This document shows, piece after piece, positions 1 through 7,140 of a DNA stretch of 64,000 bases. Origin of the DNA: a virus; IMG/VR virus record IMGVR_UViG_3300020000_000011, positions 32,596 through 96,595 of that record. The stretch is one strand, 5' to 3'. The translations under genes were made by a program, and so were the position numbers. The first letter of the stretch is position 1. Each line of letters begins with the position of its first letter. The notes beneath the pieces are model-generated. The model searched no databases. It saw only the letters and a program-made list of their open reading frames with translations, and was not told the DNA's origin.

Positions 1-172
1 ACGAACCGATTGATCCCGGCCAGGTGCTCGTCGCACCAATAGCGCGCCGAGATCCGCCGGTACCCGCGCTTGCGAACGACCGCCACCGCCGGGTTCTCGC
101 AGTGCGGCTGCGAACAACGATGCTCCATCCCGACCGCCCACGTCGCCTCGTCCTCGACGACCGCCGTCCGCT

Positions 173-442
173 TCACTCGACATACCCGGCCGGTAGCCAC
201 TGGCGGACCGCAGCGAGTCGCCGATCGGCCTCCGGTGTCCCACGGATATCACGCATCACCAGCCCCGTCGCTGACCGCTCGGCGAACGACAGACGTCGAC
301 GCAGGTGCATCGCGATGGTGCCCCGCTCGACCCACTCGTGGTCGGTGTCGCCGACGCCACGCAACGCCCGCTCGGCACGCGCCAGGTGGTCGGCAATCGG
401 CGCGCCGCGGCGCCCGTGGTATGCGATCGAGGCGTGCCACAC
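173..442 (-). CDS. hypothetical phage protein
   Basis: 89-aa ORF with plausible composition; part of a leftward small-gene run. Confidence 0.5.
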   Translation of the reverse strand: MWHASIAYHGRRGAPIADHLARAERALRGVGDTDHEWVERGTIAMHLRRRLSFAERSATGLVMRDIRGTPEADRRLAAVRQWLPAGYVE

Positions 443-633
443 GGGTCCGCCGTAGCCCTGCTCAATTCATTCATAGCCGGTGTTGATCGTCAACACGAGC
501 GACCAGGCGTCGGTGATCCGATGCCGGAACCGTGGGTGGGTCGTCTCCCCGGCGAGCAGGCACGGATGGGCGACCGCGGCGAGTTGCGCCGGGGTCACGT
601 TTCGGCCTCGCCCGATCGGGCTACCCTCTGGGC

Positions 634-729
634 ATGCTCAGTCTCTTGGCCGACGGTGTGTACATCGGTGGTGGCGCGATCCTGTTGGTCATCGTCATCC
701 TGTTGATCTGGGCGATCTTCTTCCGCTGA
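634..729 (+). CDS. small single-TM membrane protein (MLSLLADGVYIGGGAILLVIVILLIWAIFFR)
   Basis: Hydrophobic 31-aa ORF; TACCCT -10 box 6 nt before the ATG (leaderless). Confidence 0.6.
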   Translation: MLSLLADGVYIGGGAILLVIVILLIWAIFFR

Positions 730-967
730 CAGGATGTGGATGGCGGCTAGGAACCCCTGGCCACACTCGCGGCATTCCGAGCCGGGCAGACCGCGAACCG
801 ACGGCTGATGACGATGCGTCACAGTCGCAGTTTCCAATCGTCGATCGACTCGACGAGATCCTCGTCGGCGTACTCGGCCAACGTGTTGAACAACGACTCT
901 CCGGCCGTGTGCGGGTCGACGTCATCGGGAATCGAGACAGTGACCACGACGTCAATCTCGCGGGCCA

Positions 968-1210
968 TCAGTGCCGGTCCAACTCGCGTAGGTCCACGTC
1001 GTTGATGACCGCCTCGCAACGCAGCCGCCACTTGTCGGGGTCGGGCCTGTCGAACTTGACCCTTTCCTCGTGCAGCTTGTGCGGGATCGCTCCCAGCAGG
1101 GTGACCGTCAGGACCCCGAAGTCGCCCTTCCGTTGCACCTTGCAGCCGTACCAGCCAGCGTCGTAACGGCGCTGCTCCCAAACGGTGTCAGTCATCTCGG
1201 TCATGGTCAT
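968..1210 (-). CDS. hypothetical protein
   Basis: RBS AAGGGG before ATG; overlaps neighbouring ORFs 1207..1434 and 819..968. Confidence 0.55.
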   Translation of the reverse strand: MTMTEMTDTVWEQRRYDAGWYGCKVQRKGDFGVLTVTLLGAIPHKLHEERVKFDRPDPDKWRLRCEAVINDVDLRELDRH

Positions 1211-1434
1211 GGTTCCCCTTGTCTTGGTCTTGATCTTGTCGCGAGATCGGAGAAGAAGTCGAGCGTCTCGCCGATCGCAGATGGTGTCATCGGTGCCATC
1301 GCCTCGCGGGCCTCGATCTCTCGGGCCAACGTCATCCCCGGGTCGATCTTGTAGGCCAGTTCACGGCCGCGGATCCGTTCCCGCACTGCGGCAATCGCTG
1401 CCGCAATCTTGGCGTCTTGTCTGGAAGGCATCAC
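1207..1434 (-). CDS. hypothetical protein
   Basis: 75-aa ORF; 4-nt overlap with next gene. Confidence 0.5.
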   Translation of the reverse strand: MMPSRQDAKIAAAIAAVRERIRGRELAYKIDPGMTLAREIEAREAMAPMTPSAIGETLDFFSDLATRSRPRQGEP

Positions 1435-1489
1435 GGCACACTACTCGACCTGTTACGGTTACCGCAACGGGCAACTTGGAGGGAAACCC

Positions 1490-2170
1490 ATGATCAACTT
1501 TCTACGACGCAACGACCTGACCACCGACTGGGTCCGATGGGCCGTCGGTGCTCTGCTCGTCGCCGGGCTGTTCTGCCCGTACCTGACATCGTCGACGGCC
1601 ACCGCCGCGCCAGCACCGGCCACCAAGGCGCCCGCCGTCGCCAAGACCACCCCGATCGGGGTGACGAATACGTTGAGGGCGCTCGATAAGTTGAGGTCCT
1701 TCGGCTACTCGATCGACACGCCCGCCCGCGCCGCCAAAGCAATCCGGCACTGGCAGAAAGTCAACGGTTTAGTCGTCGATGGGATCGTCGGTTCGGAGAC
1801 TCTCGGGTCGCTGAACCTGAGCGCGCAGCCCACCGTCCCGGCTGTTCGTCTCAACCCGCCAGCCCCGGCGCCCGAACCGGTGGTGGGTAACGATCCCGCG
1901 TCCACCGAGCAGATCATCCGCGAGGTGTGGCCCGACAACATCGAAGACTGGGCGGTGCGGATCGCCAAACGCGAGTCCGGCCCGAACCTCAAAGTCGACG
2001 CCGCCAACTACTGCTGCTACGGAATCTTCCAGATCTACTACTCGGTCCACCGGGCCTGGCTCGCCGACTACGGCGTCAACCAGCCGTCCGACCTGTTCGA
2101 CCCTCGCGTCAACGCCACCGTCGCACTGGCCCTGTACGGACAGGTGGGGTGCCGACCGTGGGGATGCTGA
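1490..2170 (+). CDS. secreted/anchored lytic transglycosylase (lysozyme-like) with peptidoglycan-binding domain
   Basis: N-terminal hydrophobic signal; PG_binding_1-like AIRHWQKVNGLVVDGIVGSET; C-terminal IAKRES...YGIFQI...LFDPRVNA...PW transglycosylase motifs; RBS GGAGG. Confidence 0.8.
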   Translation: MINFLRRNDLTTDWVRWAVGALLVAGLFCPYLTSSTATAAPAPATKAPAVAKTTPIGVTNTLRALDKLRSFGYSIDTPARAAKAIRHWQKVNGLVVDGIVGSETLGSLNLSAQPTVPAVRLNPPAPAPEPVVGNDPASTEQIIREVWPDNIEDWAVRIAKRESGPNLKVDAANYCCYGIFQIYYSVHRAWLADYGVNQPSDLFDPRVNATVALALYGQVGCRPWGC

Positions 2171-2325
2171 CCACCAAGGACCTGCTCGACGAAGCCGAAG
2201 CACAACTGAACAACTCCGACAACGAAGCCGACACCGTCTCCGAGCGGGTCCTGTGGGCGCTGAAGTCGATCGCCGCGTCGCAACTCGTCATCGCCCGCGC
2301 CAGCGCCGGGATCCGAGCGAAGTAA
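2164..2325 (+). CDS. small hypothetical protein
   Basis: Overlap-coupled to both neighbours. Confidence 0.5.
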   Translation: MLTTKDLLDEAEAQLNNSDNEADTVSERVLWALKSIAASQLVIARASAGIRAK

Positions 2326-2564
2326 TGCCGAAGCAATCCGCAGTCAACGTGTTCGACGTCCCGGCGTTCTCCGAGGATGTCGAACGGTTCAGGGTCCGGC
2401 GCGGCTGGTCGAAAGCGGAGATGGCCGACGTGTGCGGGATCTCACTGTCGACGTTGAAGATGTTCGTCCAGAACTCGCGCCCGCCGGGCCTGTTCCTGGT
2501 GTGTGTCCTCGCCGACGTCTGCGACCTGTCGCTCGACAAGTACCGAGTCAACGAGGGCATATGA
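2325..2564 (+). CDS. XRE-family helix-turn-helix regulator
   Basis: RVRRGWSKAEMADVCGISLSTL...P...LADVCDLSLD HTH_3 pattern. Confidence 0.8.
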   Translation: MPKQSAVNVFDVPAFSEDVERFRVRRGWSKAEMADVCGISLSTLKMFVQNSRPPGLFLVCVLADVCDLSLDKYRVNEGI

Positions 2565-2725
2565 GATGGCAGTTGGTCAACCTGGAGAAGCACTACGCGA
2601 TGAGCGAGGCGATCTTCACCCCGAAGCTGAAACGGGCCAAGTGCGGCCTGTGTTTGCAGGAGTTCGGTCCGGCGCCGATCACGGAACTGGGCGACACGAT
2701 CGTTCACGTAGCGTGCGTGCCGTGA
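2561..2725 (+). CDS. small Cys/His (Zn-finger-like) protein
   Basis: CGLC...HVAC; ATGA overlap. Confidence 0.5.
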   Translation: MRWQLVNLEKHYAMSEAIFTPKLKRAKCGLCLQEFGPAPITELGDTIVHVACVP

Positions 2726-2813
2726 TCCCTCACTGGCTCGTCATCTGGTGGCTCTGTGGCCTGTCGATCGCCCTCGCGTTGATCGTGGTCGCCGTTGTCG
2801 TCGGGAGGAACCC

Positions 2814-3038
2814 GTGACCCCGAAGTGGACCTGGTCGGCGTTCGCGTTCGGGGTCGGGGTCGTCATCGTGTTGATCCTCGTCATCGTCGGCTGCTCGGCC
2901 CTGCCGACTCACTCGGATGATCCGAAGACGTGTCGTGAGCGGGCCGCGTACCGGCTCGCTGACACGTACCCGGATCCGGCGAACCTGGCGTTGGCGCTCA
3001 ACACCGTCTGCCAAGACCAAACCGGGACCGTGCCATGA
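2814..3038 (+). CDS. small membrane/lipoprotein
   Basis: Hydrophobic stretch ending IVGC (lipobox-like). Confidence 0.5.
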   Translation: MTPKWTWSAFAFGVGVVIVLILVIVGCSALPTHSDDPKTCRERAAYRLADTYPDPANLALALNTVCQDQTGTVP

Positions 3039-3313
3039 GTGAACGTGACCCGATGTCGCCGATCCCACCGATCGCTCAACACGCGACGTCGCCGCAGAAC
3101 CGCAACGGGCCGCACCACGGCACCGTCGACATCACCGCCGCCGACTCACTGCACGAAGCAGTCGACCTCGCCGCGGCGTGGATCTCCGAGTTCATCGACG
3201 GCCGCAACTTTGTGATGGCGTCACACTCGACACCGATCATGATCCACCTCGGCGACGGCGTGTCGCGAGTGGCCGGGTGGAACGTGTCGATCGACTGGCG
3301 TGTCGTCAGCTAG
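3035..3313 (+). CDS. hypothetical protein
   Basis: ATGA overlap; 92 aa. Confidence 0.5.
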   Translation: MSERDPMSPIPPIAQHATSPQNRNGPHHGTVDITAADSLHEAVDLAAAWISEFIDGRNFVMASHSTPIMIHLGDGVSRVAGWNVSIDWRVVS

Positions 3314-3498
3314 AGCACGAACGCGGCGACCGACACCAGACAGAGGCCGAGCGCAATGAGCACCGCTGCGGCCTTGTCTTTGGCCGGGGCGGGCGTGTGG
3401 GTCCATGTGTAGATGACGTGGACGGCGAACACGACGGCGGCGACGAGGAACAGGAAATCGGCCAGGTCGATGTGACCCTCCGAGATCTGAGCGATCAT
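3310..3498 (-). CDS. two-TM membrane protein
   Basis: Two hydrophobic helices; TACGGT -10 box 6 nt before the ATG. Confidence 0.6.
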   Translation of the reverse strand: MIAQISEGHIDLADFLFLVAAVVFAVHVIYTWTHTPAPAKDKAAAVLIALGLCLVSVAAFVL

Positions 3499-3513
3499 GC
3501 GCGCACCGTAGCA

Positions 3514-3590
3514 CTTGCCGCTACTTGCCAAGTTAGGGCAAGTCTGGGCAAGGCGAAGGGCAAGCGAAAGGCAGCGAAAGGCAAGCGAAG
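3514..3590. repeat. phased GGCAAG repeat array between divergent promoters
   Basis: CTTGCC at 3514 and 3524; GGCAAG at 3537, 3547, 3559, 3580; GGCAGC at 3570. Confidence 0.7.
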
Positions 3591-3649
3591 CTGCACACCC
3601 GATCTGGGTGACACGTTGCGATACTGGGATAGCGCGCTATACTAGAACC

Positions 3650-3925
3650 GTGACCGAGATGCTGACTTCCTCCCTCCTGGCCGGGGCCGACTTCGTGCCT
3701 GCTGGCACCGTGTTCTTGAACTGCGGCACGCTGGCCTCCCCGGCCACGATGGCCGCGGCCAACAACACGTGCGTGTGGTGCCACGAGTTGATGGTCGCCA
3801 AGGTCGGCGGTGGGCTGGTCGCCGGTGCGATGATCGGCCAACGGGCCTCGGCCTCCGACGAGTGGACCTGGTCCGGTCCGTTCTGCAAGGCATGTGATAA
3901 GGCGCACGGGCGGATGCTCGACTGA
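3650..3925 (+). CDS. Zn-finger-like hypothetical protein
   Basis: CVWC...CKAC; TATACT 6 nt before the GTG. Confidence 0.55.
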   Translation: MTEMLTSSLLAGADFVPAGTVFLNCGTLASPATMAAANNTCVWCHELMVAKVGGGLVAGAMIGQRASASDEWTWSGPFCKACDKAHGRMLD

Positions 3926-3942
3926 CCCGCTACCGTAGCGTG

Positions 3943-4215
3943 ATGGCAATCCGGCTGGTCCACACCCTGTGCGGCGACACGGCGTTCTTCTACGACGACA
4001 TGCTCGTGCCCGGCACCGCGATGCGCGCCGAGAAGGCGACGATGCCCGACGGCACCCACCCGATCAACGGGATGATGATGAAGTGCGGTTCGTGCGGTGA
4101 ACCGATCCCGACGTTCGACGGCACCGTGTTGGAACTGGAAGTCGACCCGACCACCGCCAAGCGCCTCGACGATCCCGTCGACTGGCCCGGCGAGTGGGAC
4201 GGACACGCTGGCTGA
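3943..4215 (+). CDS. Zn-ribbon-like hypothetical protein
   Basis: HTLCG...CGSCG; TACCGT 6 nt before the ATG. Confidence 0.6.
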   Translation: MAIRLVHTLCGDTAFFYDDMLVPGTAMRAEKATMPDGTHPINGMMMKCGSCGEPIPTFDGTVLELEVDPTTAKRLDDPVDWPGEWDGHAG

Positions 4216-4216
4216 G

Positions 4217-4287
4217 CAGCCCCAACGGGATTCGAACCCGTGTTTCCACCCTGAGAAAGTGGAGTCCTGCCGCTGAACGATGGGGCC
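4217..4287 (-). tRNA. tRNA-Glu(CTC), no encoded CCA
   Basis: Acceptor stem GGCCCCA/TGGGGCT; anticodon arm CCACT-TTCTCAG-GGTGG; T arm ACGGG-TTCGAAT-CCCGT. Confidence 0.9.
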
Positions 4288-4288
4288 G

Positions 4289-4364
4289 TGGAGCGGATGA
4301 CGGGAATCGAACCCGCGACCTCGACCTTGGCAAGGTCGCGCTCTGCCAACTGAGCCACATCCGC
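4289..4364 (-). tRNA. tRNA-Gly(GCC) with CCA
   Basis: GCGGATG...CATCCGC-T-CCA; anticodon arm CGACC-TTGCCAA-GGTCG; T loop TTCGATT. Confidence 0.95.
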
Positions 4365-4490
4365 TTGGTTGGCCCGGGCATCCCGGGTCGGTTGAGAGGT
4401 TTTGCAACCACCAACCAAGGACGCCGGACCGGCCACGACGATAGCCAGATCCGCTCCCGAAAGCACCGGCGCGTCTAACGTGTCGTACTC

Positions 4491-5183
4491 GTGAAATGGG
4501 GACTGTCGAACGGCCACGTGGCTAGCTGGTTCATCAACCCCCCGAGCCTCATCGCTGCGGCGCATGAACGCGACGCGATGCGCTCGATGTACCGGGCGTT
4601 GATGGTCGGCTCGCGACGCACCACCGACCTCACAGAGCGTGCCGCGCTGCAAGCCTCCGCGGCGGTCCTACGGCGCGCCCTGGTCGCCTCCGGCGGCTTC
4701 GATGGGGCTGCGCTCGTGCTGATGGTCGAAGGCGACGAGACGCACACCTACGACGACGGGGAGGCAGCCCCGCTGCACTGCACGATCAAGTACCTCGGCC
4801 CCGCCGCGGACCTGTCGACGATCGACAAGCACCGGGTGATCTCCACCGCCCAACGCATCGGCGACGCCGTCGGCCCGTTCACCGCCGGGGTCAACGCCGA
4901 CGCCCAGTTCGGACCCGACGGCAACGTCCCGGTGAAGATCGTCGAAGCCGACGAGTTCAACACCGTCCGAGATCTCGCCCTCGACGATGCCACGGTCCGC
5001 CACTACGGCGACCTCAACGACGAACACCCGCAGTGGATCCCGCACGTCGCTGGCCTCGACGACCGTGACGACGTCCGCTTCGACCGTGTCGCCGCGTTTC
5101 TCGGCGGCACCAACCACATCTATGACCTGACAGGAACCCAGACCCCTGACGCAGACCTTGACTCTGAGATCCACAGGAGATGA
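4491..5183 (+). CDS. 2H phosphoesterase (2'-5' RNA ligase/Acb1-like) protein
   Basis: LHCTIKYLG and WIPHVAG motifs about 90 aa apart; coupled to the protease gene. Confidence 0.7.
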   Translation: MKWGLSNGHVASWFINPPSLIAAAHERDAMRSMYRALMVGSRRTTDLTERAALQASAAVLRRALVASGGFDGAALVLMVEGDETHTYDDGEAAPLHCTIKYLGPAADLSTIDKHRVISTAQRIGDAVGPFTAGVNADAQFGPDGNVPVKIVEADEFNTVRDLALDDATVRHYGDLNDEHPQWIPHVAGLDDRDDVRFDRVAAFLGGTNHIYDLTGTQTPDADLDSEIHRR

Positions 5184-6439
5184 CCCCAATGACCGTTCTT
5201 GAAGACTTCGACGTGGCCGACGGCGTGTACGCCGGAACCCTCGACTGGGAAGGGATGATCCGCCAACCGGCCAGTGCGCTTGTCGCTGCCGGGTTCCCGG
5301 CCAAGCCACCCTCGGCGTGGTTCGCGAACCCGAACTTCGATCGGCTGATGCCGTTGTCGATCACCAGTGACGGTCACGCGTTCGGGCACATCGCCTCGTG
5401 GCGCCAGGACCACATCGGGATGTCCGGCAGCATCAAGGCCCCGAAGTCGAAGTCCGGGTACGCGTTCTTCGCCACCGGTGTGCTGGAGACGCAGGAAGGC
5501 AAGCTGGTCAACGTCGGCCAGATCACCCTGACCGGCGGACACGCACCGTTGGAAGCCAGCGTTGCCGAAGCGGTCGCCCACTACGACAGCACCGACTCGG
5601 CGATCATGGACGTCGCCGTCGGCGAGGACAAGCACGGGATCTGGGTCGCCGGTGCGTTGCGCCCGACCGTCGACGAGAACCAGTTGCGTGCCATCCGCGC
5701 CAGCAGCGTGTCCGGCGACTGGCGTCCGATCAACGGCTCGTTGGAGATGGTCGCCGTGTGCGCGGTCAACGTGCCCGGGTTCCCGATCCCCCGCGCCCGT
5801 GTCGCCAGCGGACACCCGATGGCTCTCGTTGCCGCCGGGACCGGCGCCCTCGTCGACCTGGCCACGCACCTCGACACCGGTGCCACCGCCGACGTCGCCC
5901 AAGCGTTCGAAGACCGGTTGCGGTTCGTCGAGAACGTGTTGCTCGGCAAGGTCGAAGACGTCCGTATGGCGATGACCGCAGCAGTCGAGCAGGCCCGGGT
6001 CAACAACGAGGACCAGGCGATGATCGCCGCCGCGTTGCGTGACCGTGTCCACGGTTCGGCAGCCGCCGTTGTCGCCTCGTTGCGTGACCGCGTCCACGCC
6101 AACGACCCGCAAGAGATCTGGGACGGCGACGGGATGCCGATCGACGAGACGACCGTCGACTGCCACCAGTTGGCAATGCGCGCCAGCGTCCACCCCGAGC
6201 AGTTCCCGCTGATCGCCCGAGCCACGAAGTCGTGGACGGCAGGTGAACGCAAGAAGGCCGAGTCCCGTGGCGCGGCGATGCCCGGCGGACGGTTCCCGAT
6301 CTCCGACAAGCGCGACGTCACCAAGGCCGTCCATGCCCTCGGCCGGGCCAAGGGCGACAAGGCCAAGATCAAGTCCCACATAAAGAAGCGTGCCCGTGCG
6401 CTCGGCGCGATGGACTCGATCCCCGACAGTTGGAAGTGA
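5180..6439 (+). CDS. capsid maturation protease-like protein with C-terminal DUF6582-like domain
   Basis: FGHIASW...GHAP...VAVGEDKHGIWVAGAL...SGDWR...AVNVPGFP as in actinophage proteases; C-terminal AMPGGRFPI...HIKKRARALG...IPDSW; upstream of the capsid gene. Confidence 0.75.
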   Translation: MTPMTVLEDFDVADGVYAGTLDWEGMIRQPASALVAAGFPAKPPSAWFANPNFDRLMPLSITSDGHAFGHIASWRQDHIGMSGSIKAPKSKSGYAFFATGVLETQEGKLVNVGQITLTGGHAPLEASVAEAVAHYDSTDSAIMDVAVGEDKHGIWVAGALRPTVDENQLRAIRASSVSGDWRPINGSLEMVAVCAVNVPGFPIPRARVASGHPMALVAAGTGALVDLATHLDTGATADVAQAFEDRLRFVENVLLGKVEDVRMAMTAAVEQARVNNEDQAMIAAALRDRVHGSAAAVVASLRDRVHANDPQEIWDGDGMPIDETTVDCHQLAMRASVHPEQFPLIARATKSWTAGERKKAESRGAAMPGGRFPISDKRDVTKAVHALGRAKGDKAKIKSHIKKRARALGAMDSIPDSWK

Positions 6440-6476
6440 CGAGCGATTCGCAGAATCGTTCTGCAATTCGCTCGTT
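6438..6476. terminator. hairpin between convergent genes
   Basis: GACGAGCGA..GCAGAA-TCG-TTCTGC..TCGCTCGTT stem. Confidence 0.55.
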
Positions 6477-6604
6477 CACCCGTTGCTGATCGACACGACC
6501 CGCTGACGTAGGCCCGGCCGGTTCGGGCACCTGTTGGATCGGTGCCCGTTCTGCCCGCAGTACGAGCAGTCCCCAGCGTGGATCCAGATGTGGTACTCGA
6601 TCAT
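6476..6604 (-). CDS. small CCHC zinc-knuckle protein
   Basis: CSYCGQNGHRSNRC = C-x2-C-x4-H-x4-C; start uncertain. Confidence 0.55.
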   Translation of the reverse strand: MIEYHIWIHAGDCSYCGQNGHRSNRCPNRPGLRQRVVSISNG

Positions 6605-6656
6605 GTGATGTGGCCCGATGTCGGGAACCTCGTCGGGTCGAGTGTGTAGCGGCGCG

Positions 6657-6923
6657 TCAGGCGATGGGCGCATCGTCGGCCGTCGCTGACGAGAAGTCGA
6701 CGAACACCTCCGGCTTGCCGCGGCCCTCGCGGGCATCGTTGAGGATCGAAGCGAACCAGTCCAGCGCGGGCTGGTTGAGGATCGACATCTTGATCTCGCC
6801 GGACGGTGTCGCCTGGCTCCACGACTTGTTCTCGTCGCCGCGGCACACCGGGAACAACGACACCGACCCGCCCGAGATCGACTGAGTGATGTCTCTGACT
6901 ACGAACTTGGCACGTACGCCCAT
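6657..6923 (-). CDS. conserved small phage protein
   Basis: VRAKF...ENKSWSQATPSGEIKMSILN...FVDF pattern; RBS CAGGAG. Confidence 0.7.
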   Translation of the reverse strand: MGVRAKFVVRDITQSISGGSVSLFPVCRGDENKSWSQATPSGEIKMSILNQPALDWFASILNDAREGRGKPEVFVDFSSATADDAPIA

Positions 6924-7140
6924 GACTGTCTCCTGTTGGTTGAAGGTGCTGTCACGGATGCGACGGGCGTTCGCCAGGCCGACCTGTCCGAAGGGTATCA
7001 CCGTCCGATGCTTGCATCGGTGTAACTCGTGGTCTACTGTTCCGCCCCAGGAGCGACCCGACAGAGTCTGGTACCTCCCGCATCCTGACCTTCAGACCTC
7101 CGTCGCTATCCCGTTATACGGGAAGAGAAGGTGAATCGAA

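Noticed and set aside
4217-4364. tRNAs as attL/attR prophage boundary
   Set aside because: Phage-like genes lie on both sides; no integrase and no duplicated tRNA 3' end was seen.
4365-4475. Third tRNA
   Set aside because: No TTCRA T-loop or canonical cloverleaf; kept only as a structured RNA candidate.
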